A stretch of 64,000 nucleotides of DNA from Candidatus Pelagibacter sp. (GTDB taxonomy: Bacteria; Pseudomonadota; Alphaproteobacteria; Paracaedibacterales; CAIOTO01): positions 1,746 through 65,745 of the forward strand of contig PNMQ01000006.1 in the NCBI GenBank assembly GCA_013823725.1. The letters are read 5' to 3'. Positions 28,921 to 37,617 of this stretch are shown here, piece after piece (the first letter of the stretch is position 1; each line of letters opens with the position of its first letter). The position numbers and the translations under genes are program-made. The notes below the pieces were generated by a model that ran no database searches, was not told the DNA's origin, and was given only the letters and a program-made list of their open reading frames with translations.

Positions 28921-30150
28921 ATGCCAGTAAAGATTTTAATGCCCGCTCTTAGCCCTACTATGACAGAGGGTAACTTAGTCAAATGGTTAAAAAAAGAAGG
29001 TGATGCTATTAAATCTGGTCAGGTTTTAGCTGAAATTGAAACTGATAAAGCCACCATGGAAGTAGAAGCTGTTGATGAAGGTATATTAGGTAAAATAATT
29101 ATTCCTGAAGGCACAGATAACGTTCCTGTAAACAGTCTAATCGGTCTCATTCTTGAAGAAGGCGAAGAGGCATCAGCTTTAGATTCTATTGATACACAAT
29201 CGTCACCTATTCCCGCATCTGCACCTTGCAGTGCACCATCCGTTGCAGCAGAGCAACCAATAAATATTGCTATAGCGACCAAATCATTGAATGATGAAAG
29301 AATAAAAGCAAGCCCACTTGCTAGACGTCTTGCAGAACAAAATCAGCTCACTTTAAATCAGATTGAGGGATCAGGTCCAAAAGGACGTATCATTAAACGT
29401 GATATTGAAAGTGCAATAACTTCCTCTCCTTCAACGATGACGGCTCTTACAAGCACAAGCAAAGCAGCTTTTATCGATATTCCAATGACAAATATGCGAA
29501 AAGTTATAGCAAAGAGATTAACGGAATCAAAACAAAATATTCCCCACTTCTATTTATCTGTCGATTGTCAAATGGATGCACTACTTAAAATGCGTTCAGA
29601 AATGAATGCAATGCAAACTGATGTAAAAATTTCAGTAAATGACCTAGTCATCAAAGCCTGTGCATCCGCATTAAAGGATAATCCACAAGCCAATGCAACT
29701 TTTCATGAAACCTATGTTCGTCAATACAGTGATGTAGATATTGCCGTTGCTGTTGCAATCGAAGGGGGGTTAGTCACACCACTTGTACGACAAGCACAAA
29801 ACAAATCGTTGTCTCAAATTTCCAAAGAAATGAAAGACTTAGCATCACGTGCACGTGCTGGAAAATTAAAACCAGAAGAATTCCAAGGGGGTGGATTTAG
29901 CCTATCCAATCTTGGCATGTATGGCATTAAAAATTTTAACGCTATTATCAATCCACCACAAGCAAGCATCCTAGCTGTTGGCGCAAGCGTTAAACAGCCC
30001 ATTATAGGCGAAGATGGACAAATAAAAGTAGCAACTATTATGAATTGTACGCTGTCTGTAGATCATCGCGTTATAGATGGAGCACTTGGTGCTGAGCTTT
30101 TACAATCTATTAAAAAATATATTGAGAATCCAGTAGCCATGTTAGTGTAG
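28921..30150 (+). CDS. pdhC: Dihydrolipoamide acetyltransferase (PDH E2), single lipoyl domain
   Basis: Lipoyl attachment site [13 protein letters not shown], a subunit-binding domain ([11 protein letters not shown]), and a catalytic domain with [10 protein letters not shown]. Confidence 0.93.
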   Translation: MPVKILMPALSPTMTEGNLVKWLKKEGDAIKSGQVLAEIETDKATMEVEAVDEGILGKIIIPEGTDNVPVNSLIGLILEEGEEASALDSIDTQSSPIPASAPCSAPSVAAEQPINIAIATKSLNDERIKASPLARRLAEQNQLTLNQIEGSGPKGRIIKRDIESAITSSPSTMTALTSTSKAAFIDIPMTNMRKVIAKRLTESKQNIPHFYLSVDCQMDALLKMRSEMNAMQTDVKISVNDLVIKACASALKDNPQANATFHETYVRQYSDVDIAVAVAIEGGLVTPLVRQAQNKSLSQISKEMKDLASRARAGKLKPEEFQGGGFSLSNLGMYGIKNFNAIINPPQASILAVGASVKQPIIGEDGQIKVATIMNCTLSVDHRVIDGALGAELLQSIKKYIENPVAMLV

Positions 30151-30175
30151 ACTTTTCTTTGTCTTTGCTAATATC

Positions 30176-30207
30176 AAAAAGGCTCTTCATTATAAAGAGC
30201 CTTTTTT
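30176..30207. terminator. Bidirectional rho-independent terminator
   Basis: AAAAAGGCTCTT-CATTATA-AAGAGCCTTTTTT lies between convergent pdhC (+) and the yjdM-like gene (-). Confidence 0.85.
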
Positions 30208-30228
30208 CAATGCCTGATGAATCAATAT

Positions 30229-30573
30229 TTATTCGCTTATTTTTTTAACAAACTCAGACTTCAATCCCATCTGGCCAATACCAGGGATTTTACAATCGAT
30301 ATCGTGATCACTATCGATAATTCTAATATTTTTAACTTTTGTTCCTACTTTTACAATCGAAGATGATCCTTTAATTTTAAGATCTTTTATAACAGATACA
30401 GAATCTCCATCTTTAAGTTCTACTCCATTGGCATCGCATACTTTTCGAATTTCTTGAATTATTTCATATGGTGTCTTTGAAAACTCATAACTGCATTCTG
30501 GGCAAATAAGTAATTCACCGTCTTCATAAACATAGGGTGATGAACATTTGGAGCAAAGAGGGTGTGAAGTCAT
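30229..30573 (-). CDS. yjdM: Zinc-ribbon protein, PhnA/YjdM family
   Basis: N-terminal CxxC...CxxC ribbon (CSKCSSPYVYEDGELLICPEC) and the C-terminal YjdM barrel pattern (KDGDSVSVIKDLKIKGSS..VKVGTKVKNIRI..DHDIDCKI). Start taken at the MTSHP methionine. Confidence 0.85.
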   Translation of the reverse strand: MTSHPLCSKCSSPYVYEDGELLICPECSYEFSKTPYEIIQEIRKVCDANGVELKDGDSVSVIKDLKIKGSSSIVKVGTKVKNIRIIDSDHDIDCKIPGIGQMGLKSEFVKKISE

Positions 30574-30592
30574 ACATATTTTCCATTTCAAT

Positions 30593-30871
30593 TTAGTTAA
30601 CAAGAATTGTTTTTTTAGCGGAGGTTAAACCATGCATTATTGTCAAATTCGACTTGGCAGTTCCAAACATCTTTGCTAAAAGTTTAATAACAGCTTTATT
30701 CGCTTTTCCATCTTCAGGTGCAGCAGTCACATATATTTTATAGGTAGCTTTGCCATCTGAATCTTTTTCTTGTTTGATTTTTTCGAATTTAGCTTTAGGA
30801 ACAACTTTCACTTTAATTATACAAGGGTTTACGTGCTGACTTGGCAATTTATGCTCAGATAATTTCTCCAT
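30593..30871 (-). CDS. DUF167 (YggU) family protein
   Basis: 92 aa. VKVVPKAK...IYVTAAPEDGKANKAVIKLLAKMFG matches the YggU pattern. Confidence 0.8.
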   Translation of the reverse strand: MEKLSEHKLPSQHVNPCIIKVKVVPKAKFEKIKQEKDSDGKATYKIYVTAAPEDGKANKAVIKLLAKMFGTAKSNLTIMHGLTSAKKTILVN

Positions 30872-30915
30872 GATAGATCACCCACCATATGACATGCTGT
30901 AGCCTATTTCAAATC

Positions 30916-32163
30916 TCAATTCATATAAGATTTTAAAACCTCAGGAAGAGAAAAAGAACCATCTTTATTTTGATAATTTTCAAGTATGGCCGCCAAAGTT
31001 CTACCAACAGCTAATCCTGAACCGTTCATGGTTCGAATAAAATGCTTTTCATTTTCGCTATCTTTGTATTTTCCATTCATGCGACGCGCTTGAAAATCAC
31101 CACACATGGAACAACTTGAAATTTCACGGTAAGTATTTTGTGAAGGCATCCATACTTCGTAATCATATGTTTTTTGAGATGAAAAACCCATATCCCCTGT
31201 GCACAATAAAACTTTACGGTATGGTAATCCTAATTTTTCTAAAATAGACTCTGCGGCATTCTGCATATTCGTATACTCTGCTTCTTCTTGTTCTGAAGTA
31301 CACAAAGTTACCAATTCTACTTTCCAAAATTGATGCTGACGAATGATACCGCGATTATCACGACCTGCGGCACCTGCTTCGCTTCTAAAACAAGGAGTTA
31401 AAGCCGTTAACCGTTTAGGAAATTCTGAAGATGGTAGAATTTGTTGTGCGCACAAATTTGTTAACATCACCTCTGCCGTTGATATGAGCCAATAACCATT
31501 TTTAGTTTGAAACATATCATCTGCAAACTTTGGTAAATGACCCACTCCAAAAAGAGAGGCATCGTTTGCCAATAGAGGACCAGAAATTTCTTCGTATCCC
31601 CACTGCTTTGTATGAACATCCAACATAAACTGTCCCAAAGCACGTTCTAATTTAGCAAGTAAACCTTTCATCACGACAAAACGTGATCCTGCCAAACGAA
31701 CGGATGCTTCAAAATCCATTAAGCCTAAACCTACACCGATTTCATCATGACTTCTAATTTCAAAATCAAAAGTGCGAGGTGATCCAAAGATTTTTTCAAC
31801 TTTATTTTCAGTTTCATCAACACCTACAATGACGTCGTCTTGCGGTGAATTAGGAAGGTATGATAATTTAGTTTTTAAATCATCTTCAACCACTTGGCTT
31901 CTAGATTCCAAATCGGCCAATTCAATTTTCAATTCATCACTTTGACGTTTTAAAACGTCTACATTAAGCCCTTGCTTTACTGTTTTTTGAAACTCTTGAG
32001 CTAAATGATTTCGTTGTGAACGTAATTTTTGAACCTCTGTCGTTAATTGGCGATGCTCTTCATCAAGACTTAGAATAGGAGTAATTAAATCGTCCATCCC
32101 TCTTTTTTTTAAAGCATCTATGTATACTTGGGGTTGGTTGCGAATTCTTTTTAAATCATGCAT
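30916..32163 (-). CDS. serS: Seryl-tRNA synthetase
   Basis: N-terminal coiled-coil arm and class II motifs (FRSEAGAAGRDNRGIIRQHQF, NGSGLAVGRTLAAILENYQ). Start taken at MHDLKRIRN, which overlaps the tatC stop by 8 nt. Confidence 0.96.
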   Translation of the reverse strand: MHDLKRIRNQPQVYIDALKKRGMDDLITPILSLDEEHRQLTTEVQKLRSQRNHLAQEFQKTVKQGLNVDVLKRQSDELKIELADLESRSQVVEDDLKTKLSYLPNSPQDDVIVGVDETENKVEKIFGSPRTFDFEIRSHDEIGVGLGLMDFEASVRLAGSRFVVMKGLLAKLERALGQFMLDVHTKQWGYEEISGPLLANDASLFGVGHLPKFADDMFQTKNGYWLISTAEVMLTNLCAQQILPSSEFPKRLTALTPCFRSEAGAAGRDNRGIIRQHQFWKVELVTLCTSEQEEAEYTNMQNAAESILEKLGLPYRKVLLCTGDMGFSSQKTYDYEVWMPSQNTYREISSCSMCGDFQARRMNGKYKDSENEKHFIRTMNGSGLAVGRTLAAILENYQNKDGSFSLPEVLKSYMN

Positions 32164-32902
32164 GGCGATTACGTTCAAAATAATAAACAAATAAGATACT
32201 CAAAGTATACAAAACTCCCATGGCCAAAGCGAGTAAAATCATGCTCATCGCATCAGGTGGAGTAATTATGGCACTGATCACAGTAATGAAAACGACAGCA
32301 ATTCTCCATGTGTTTTTTAAGTATGCAACCGTTATTAATTTCAGTTTGGCTAAAATAGCTAAAATCACAGGAATTTGAAAACATACACCAAAGGCCAAAA
32401 GCATACGGAGAACAAAACTAACGTAATCAGCAATCTTTGGTTGTAATTGCAGTGCATAATCTACTTGATGAGATTCAAAGCTTAAAAGAAAAGCAAAGGC
32501 CTTGGGTATAACCATGAAGTAAGCAAAACTAAGTCCAGCTATAAAAAAGAAAGGTACCGCTGCGATTAAAGTCATGAATACTTTCTTTTCATTATCTTTC
32601 AGTCCTGGTCTTAAGAATAACCAAAACTGCAAAATAATATAAGGCAGAGACACAATCAAAGCGCTGTAGCAAGCAACTTTTATATGCGTTACAAAGGCTT
32701 CTGTTAATTGGGTATAGATAAAAAACCTATTTTGACCTAATGTTTTCAAAACCTTTAAGAGAGGCGACGTGATCAGACCAACAAAAAAATTTGATTTCAA
32801 ATAGCAAAAAACAAAAGCTGTAAACCAAGCCAAAAATGATTTAAAAACACATTTCCTTAAATCTGACAAATGCTCTATAAAAGGTTTTTGTTGATCTTCC
32901 AT
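32156..32902 (-). CDS. tatC: Twin-arginine translocase subunit TatC
   Basis: Six-TM protein whose N-terminus has HLSDLRKC (compare HLxELRxR) and a TatC-like topology. Confidence 0.93.
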   Translation of the reverse strand: MEDQQKPFIEHLSDLRKCVFKSFLAWFTAFVFCYLKSNFFVGLITSPLLKVLKTLGQNRFFIYTQLTEAFVTHIKVACYSALIVSLPYIILQFWLFLRPGLKDNEKKVFMTLIAAVPFFFIAGLSFAYFMVIPKAFAFLLSFESHQVDYALQLQPKIADYVSFVLRMLLAFGVCFQIPVILAILAKLKLITVAYLKNTWRIAVVFITVISAIITPPDAMSMILLALAMGVLYTLSILFVYYFERNRHA

Positions 32903-32904
32903 GT

Positions 32905-35487
32905 TTAGATTAAGGATCTGATAAAGTCATGAACTGTTGGTAATTTTTGAATCTGATCCCCTCCTCCTTGTGCTAAATTGGGTTTACCCCCACCCCCTTT
33001 ACCACCGAAATATTCAACGAGTTTCTTCACTAAATCATTAGCATTATAGGATAATAAGGCTTGTTCACCTAGGCCCACACAAATCGAAACTTTACCTTCT
33101 TTTTCAGATAGCGCTACGAAAATTCCAAAAGACGCTTTTTTTTGGTATATTTCAACAACTGTTCTTAAATCTTTGGCTTCAATTTCTTTTTCATCAATAA
33201 CCATCAGTGTTGGCGATGTATTTTTTTTGATACTTTCTATTTCAACATTGTATTTATTTAACAAAACTTTGACTTTCAAGTCATCAAGCTGTTTTTGATG
33301 TAAAATATTTTGTTCTTTTATTTTTTGTTTTAACTGAACAATTTCTTCCTCACGCTGTTCGTAACGATTGAGGATACTTAAACCTGTAATAGCTTCAATT
33401 CGTCTAATACCTGACGCTATTCCTACTTCAGAAACTATTTTGAAAAGGCCAATTTGCCCACTAGACTGAACATGCGTACCACCACACAATTCGATAGAAA
33501 ATAATTGGCTCTGATCACCAAACGATACTACTCTTACTTCATCACCATATTTTTCCCCAAATAATGCCATCGCCCCTGACTCTATAGCTTGATCGGGTGT
33601 TGAAATTTCAGTAGAACACGTAATATTCTGTAAAATAATATCGTTTACTAATTTTTCAACATTTTGAATTTCAATTTCACTTAAAGGCTGAGTATGCGTA
33701 AAATCGAAACGTAAACGCGAAGATTCGACCAAAGATCCTTTTTGCATCACGTGATGACCCAAAATATTCCGTAATGCTGCATGCAATATATGAGTTGCAG
33801 AATGGTTTGCAGCAATCTGTGAACGTTCCTGAACATTGACGCTGCATTTTACAGATTGCTGAACGGACAATGATCCTGTTTCAATCTTGCCTGTATGCAA
33901 AAAGAGCGAACCTACTTTCTTTACATCAAAAATGTGTACCGATAAACCTTGTGCTTCGATCAATCCTTTATCTCCAACTTGCCCACCCGATTCAGCATAA
34001 AATGGTGTTTGGTTTAAAATAAGCTGAACTTCTTCACCAGTAGATACTGTATTCACACAAGCACCATCTTTAATAATAGCTAATACTAAAGCCTCTGATT
34101 TCAAATGGGCATAGCCCATAAATTCTGTTGAAGGAATACTTTGATTCAATTGTAAAATAAAAGAATCTTGTGCTTTTTCACCCGATCCAGACCATGCTTT
34201 GCGTGCTCTATCTTTTTGTTCTGTCATGCAGGTTGAAAAAGCATCCACATCTACAGATCTATTAGAATCTTTGAGAACATCTTGCGTTAAATCTAGGGGA
34301 AAACCATAGGTATCATATAATTTAAAGGCAAGATTACCAGGAAGCTTGTCTGTAGCACTTAAATTTGATACTTCTTCATTCAATAACTTCATACCACGGT
34401 CTAAGGTTTGTAAAAACCTTTCCTCTTCAAGTTGAAAAGTCTTCTGTATAAGATCTTTTGACGTCACAAGTTCTTTATAAGTATCGCCCATTAGGTTAAT
34501 GAAATGAGGAGCCATTTTTACTAGTAAAGGTTCTTTTGCCCCTAGTTTTTGTGCATGCCTTATTGCTCGACGCATAATCCGACGCAAAACGTATCCTCTT
34601 CCCTCGTTGGATGGTAAAATCCCTTCCGCTATCATCATGCTGCATGCACGTAGATGATCTGCTATTACGTTATGGGAAGGTTCAAATTCTTCCTTGTCAT
34701 TCTGTGTTAGTTCTTTTGATAGTTTCTTAATTTCAACAAAAAGGTCTGTATCATAATTACTGTTTTTACCTTGTAAAACGGATGCTATTCTTTCTAGTCC
34801 CATCCCTGTGTCGATCGATGGTTTTGGAAGCTTTAAACGTGTTCCATCAGATTGTTGATCAAATTGCATGAAAACGAGATTCCAAATTTCAACAAATCGA
34901 TCACCGTCTTGTTCAGCAGATCCAGGTAGTCCGCCCCAAATATGATCCCCATAGTCAAAAAATATTTCAGAACATGGCCCACATGGTCCGGTATCGCCCG
35001 CTGACCAAAAATTATCATTGGTTGAAATACGTATGATTTTTTCATCCGCAAAACCTGTAACTTTTTTCCAAATATTAAAAGCTTCATCATCGTTATGATA
35101 CACGGTAATCCACAAACGATTGGGATCTAGTTCATATTCTTTAGTAATAAGTTCATAAGCCATAGAAATGGCATCTTCTTTAAAATAATCGCCAAATGAA
35201 AAATTACCTAACATTTCAAAAAATGTATGATGACGTGCCGTATAGCCTACATTTTCAAGATCATTGTGTTTTCCACCCGCACGCAAACATTTTTGAGCCG
35301 TTGTAGCCCGCGTATATTTACGTTTATCAACACCTGTAAAAACATCTTTAAATTGCACCATACCGGCTGCTGTAAACATCAATGTCGGGTCGTTGGTTGG
35401 AATCAAAGAACTGGATGGAACGACGGTATGATTGTTTTTTTCAAAAAAATCGAGAAATGTTTTACGTATGTTGTTATAAGTTGTCAT
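32905..35487 (-). CDS. alaS: Alanyl-tRNA synthetase
   Basis: 860 aa with FTAAGMVQFKD, RAGGKHNDLENVG, the editing-domain HSATHILH...CGGTHV motifs, and a C-terminal GGKGGGGKPNLAQGGG. Confidence 0.97.
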   Translation of the reverse strand: MTTYNNIRKTFLDFFEKNNHTVVPSSSLIPTNDPTLMFTAAGMVQFKDVFTGVDKRKYTRATTAQKCLRAGGKHNDLENVGYTARHHTFFEMLGNFSFGDYFKEDAISMAYELITKEYELDPNRLWITVYHNDDEAFNIWKKVTGFADEKIIRISTNDNFWSAGDTGPCGPCSEIFFDYGDHIWGGLPGSAEQDGDRFVEIWNLVFMQFDQQSDGTRLKLPKPSIDTGMGLERIASVLQGKNSNYDTDLFVEIKKLSKELTQNDKEEFEPSHNVIADHLRACSMMIAEGILPSNEGRGYVLRRIMRRAIRHAQKLGAKEPLLVKMAPHFINLMGDTYKELVTSKDLIQKTFQLEEERFLQTLDRGMKLLNEEVSNLSATDKLPGNLAFKLYDTYGFPLDLTQDVLKDSNRSVDVDAFSTCMTEQKDRARKAWSGSGEKAQDSFILQLNQSIPSTEFMGYAHLKSEALVLAIIKDGACVNTVSTGEEVQLILNQTPFYAESGGQVGDKGLIEAQGLSVHIFDVKKVGSLFLHTGKIETGSLSVQQSVKCSVNVQERSQIAANHSATHILHAALRNILGHHVMQKGSLVESSRLRFDFTHTQPLSEIEIQNVEKLVNDIILQNITCSTEISTPDQAIESGAMALFGEKYGDEVRVVSFGDQSQLFSIELCGGTHVQSSGQIGLFKIVSEVGIASGIRRIEAITGLSILNRYEQREEEIVQLKQKIKEQNILHQKQLDDLKVKVLLNKYNVEIESIKKNTSPTLMVIDEKEIEAKDLRTVVEIYQKKASFGIFVALSEKEGKVSICVGLGEQALLSYNANDLVKKLVEYFGGKGGGGKPNLAQGGGDQIQKLPTVHDFIRSLI

Positions 35488-35660
35488 GGCAATATAAATT
35501 TTACAGTCTTATGACCAACTTATCACAAATGCTAAAGATTGAAAATAACAGATATGCAGGGCTACTTCTTCATTTAAGGATAATATTTCTACTTTATTCT
35601 TCTCAATTTAATCTATTTATACTATTGTTAACAATCAGATTTAAAAAAAATTCGTAAGCA

Positions 35661-36464
35661 ATGAAAAAAGAAAATAATCATCAACAAGAAACCACCTCTT
35701 CTCTTATTCCATCAAACAACTCTGAAGAACTTAGAATTGCCAAATTTATTGCCCAAAGAACTGAATATTCAAGACGTGATGCAGAAGCGCTTGTACAACA
35801 AGGACGCGTTGTTGTTAATGGTGAAACACTTCATGAACTTGGACACAAGGTCAATCCTAACCAAGATCAAATTATGTTAGATGGCGTTTTATTGTCGTCT
35901 CAAAAACCCCGGACTAAAATATGGACTTTTTATAAACCACAAGGTTTAGTGACCACTCATAAAGACCCACAAAACCGAGAAACTGTTTTTGATTACCTTA
36001 AATCGAAAGGATTAAACCAAGCCATATCCATAGGACGATTAGATCTTAATTCGGAAGGCCTTTTGATTCTAACCAACAACAGTGAATTTTCTCACTATGC
36101 AGAATCTCCACAAACAGAATGGAAAAGATGCTACAAGGTTCGTGTTTTTGGAAAAAATATTCCTCTCGATAAATTATTAAACCTTAAAAAAGGTATTACA
36201 ATTGATAGCATTCACTACAAAGGTATCGATGTTGAATTACTTGATCATAAATCATTTGACCAATCATCTAATCAGTGGCTGTTGGTAACCTTAGTAGAAG
36301 GTAAAAACCGAGAAATTAGAAATGTCATGGAATATTTTGGTCTTCGAGTTAACCGACTTATCAGAGTATCCTACGGTCCCTTTGATCTGGGCGATTTAAG
36401 ACCAGGTGAAATCAAAAAAATTGACATCAAAAGCATACCTGAAATACAATCTATCGTTTTTTAA
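35661..36464 (+). CDS. rluB: Pseudouridine synthase, RsuA/RluB family (S4 domain plus catalytic domain)
   Basis: S4 domain (LRIAKFIAQRTEYSRRDAEALVQQGRVVVNGE) and the catalytic Asp motif GRLDLNSEGLLILTNN. EGKNREIR is also present. Confidence 0.85.
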   Translation: MKKENNHQQETTSSLIPSNNSEELRIAKFIAQRTEYSRRDAEALVQQGRVVVNGETLHELGHKVNPNQDQIMLDGVLLSSQKPRTKIWTFYKPQGLVTTHKDPQNRETVFDYLKSKGLNQAISIGRLDLNSEGLLILTNNSEFSHYAESPQTEWKRCYKVRVFGKNIPLDKLLNLKKGITIDSIHYKGIDVELLDHKSFDQSSNQWLLVTLVEGKNREIRNVMEYFGLRVNRLIRVSYGPFDLGDLRPGEIKKIDIKSIPEIQSIVF

Positions 36465-36573
36465 AATTTTAGAAAATCATTTAAATCACAATAATTTTAT
36501 ACTATAAATTAAGTAAATTTAAATATTTTATATTTATAAATAATATTTGTATATTATTATTTATGGATTTTCT

Positions 36574-36807
36574 ATGATTAAATTTATTCTAACACCCATT
36601 ATTGCGCTAACTTTTCAGTTATGGGCAGCTGACATTCCCATAGAATCTACTTCACATAATGAAGAAATAACAAGATCTTTACAAGATGTTTCTATAGAAG
36701 AAATACCTCAGTCACTTAGTCACTTAGTCACTCAGTCACTCAGTCACTCAGTCACTCAGTCACTCAGTCACTCAGTCACTCAGTCACTCAGTCACTCAGT
36801 CACTTGA
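36574..36807 (+). CDS. Short signal-peptide ORF that reads through the octanucleotide repeat and stops right after it (candidate OFF-phase 5' segment of a phase-variable gene)
   Basis: MIKFILTPIIALTFQLWA/ADI looks like a signal peptide. The ORF reads the repeat as (SLSHSVTQ)n and ends at a TGA at 36805-36807, the first codon after the tract. Confidence 0.5.
   Translation: MIKFILTPIIALTFQLWAADIPIESTSHNEEITRSLQDVSIEEIPQSLSHLVTQSLSHSVTQSLSHSVTQSLSHSVT
36709..36804. repeat. Tandem octanucleotide repeat: 12 units of 8 bp, made of CAGTCACT x1, TAGTCACT x2, then 9 perfect CAGTCACT (36733-36804)
   Basis: Counted directly in the sequence. The unit length is not a multiple of 3, and the perfect tract is open in all three forward frames. 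Confidence 0.95.
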
Positions 36808-36871
36808 AAGTTTAAGTTTATATAATTCCATACCTCAAGAAGTTTCTGCATTTTCTTCTGAATATGCCACC

Positions 36872-37528
36872 ATGGATACCGTATTTGAGAGAGTCATTGG
36901 ATTGGGTTCAGATTGCGCTACAAAACGCGGCATTAATTTATTTTTTACACCAAGTCAACCATGGCTAAAAACAAAAAAAGGACATTCTGACCTTTTTGAT
37001 TGGTTAATAATAAAAGATTATCGTTTATTAGCTGATGCCTTTTTTCGTAATCTTGATGATTTTTTCGAACTTCAAGATTTCATATTTCCTGGAACCCCTA
37101 TTAATTCAAAATATAACATGGATTGGTGTCATTTAGGACATAAACTTGATAACAATGGGGATTGGAATCGCCAAGAAACTACAATGAAAACACATGATGA
37201 CTTTATAAGACTTTTTGATGATACAAAAAATAAAATTGAATATTTGAAAAAAAAATTTATTAATTCACAAGATAAAAATGCTATTTATATAATCACTGAA
37301 GATAAAAGATGGAATAAAGAAATTGACTTAAGCACACTAATTTACTTAAGAGACTCAATTACTCACATAAGAAATGGCAATAAAAATTTTTGTCTTGTGC
37401 TATCAAGCGAGAATCCTAAATTCGAAAGTTTTGAAAATATTCTTGTTATCCACTCATTATCACCATGGAATGGAAACTACGTTAACATTTTATCTAATTT
37501 TAAATTCACATCCAATATTTGGGCCTAA
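36872..37528 (+). CDS. DUF1796-like protein (putative papain-like cysteine peptidase family); 3' segment of the candidate phase-variable gene
   Basis: N-terminal VIGLGSDCATKRG ... SDLFDWLI ... FFRNLDDFFE resembles my recollection of the DUF1796 signature (sLGsnC...PFDW...F.dFl). Its reading frame stays open upstream back into the repeat tract. Confidence 0.55.
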   Translation: MDTVFERVIGLGSDCATKRGINLFFTPSQPWLKTKKGHSDLFDWLIIKDYRLLADAFFRNLDDFFELQDFIFPGTPINSKYNMDWCHLGHKLDNNGDWNRQETTMKTHDDFIRLFDDTKNKIEYLKKKFINSQDKNAIYIITEDKRWNKEIDLSTLIYLRDSITHIRNGNKNFCLVLSSENPKFESFENILVIHSLSPWNGNYVNILSNFKFTSNIWA

Positions 37529-37617
37529 AATTAATTTTACTAGCTTAAAAGAATTCGGGATAGATTGGCATAACCTATATCTTTTATCCAATAAATAGTT
37601 TGAAAAAGAAGTATAGG

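Noticed and set aside
35227-35657. Forward ORFs 35227-35514 and 35382-35657, which span the alaS 5' end and the alaS/rluB intergenic region
   Set aside because: They overlap the conserved N-terminus of alaS on the opposite strand and continue into AT-rich promoter DNA. They have no motifs and an implausible Cys/Phe-rich composition.
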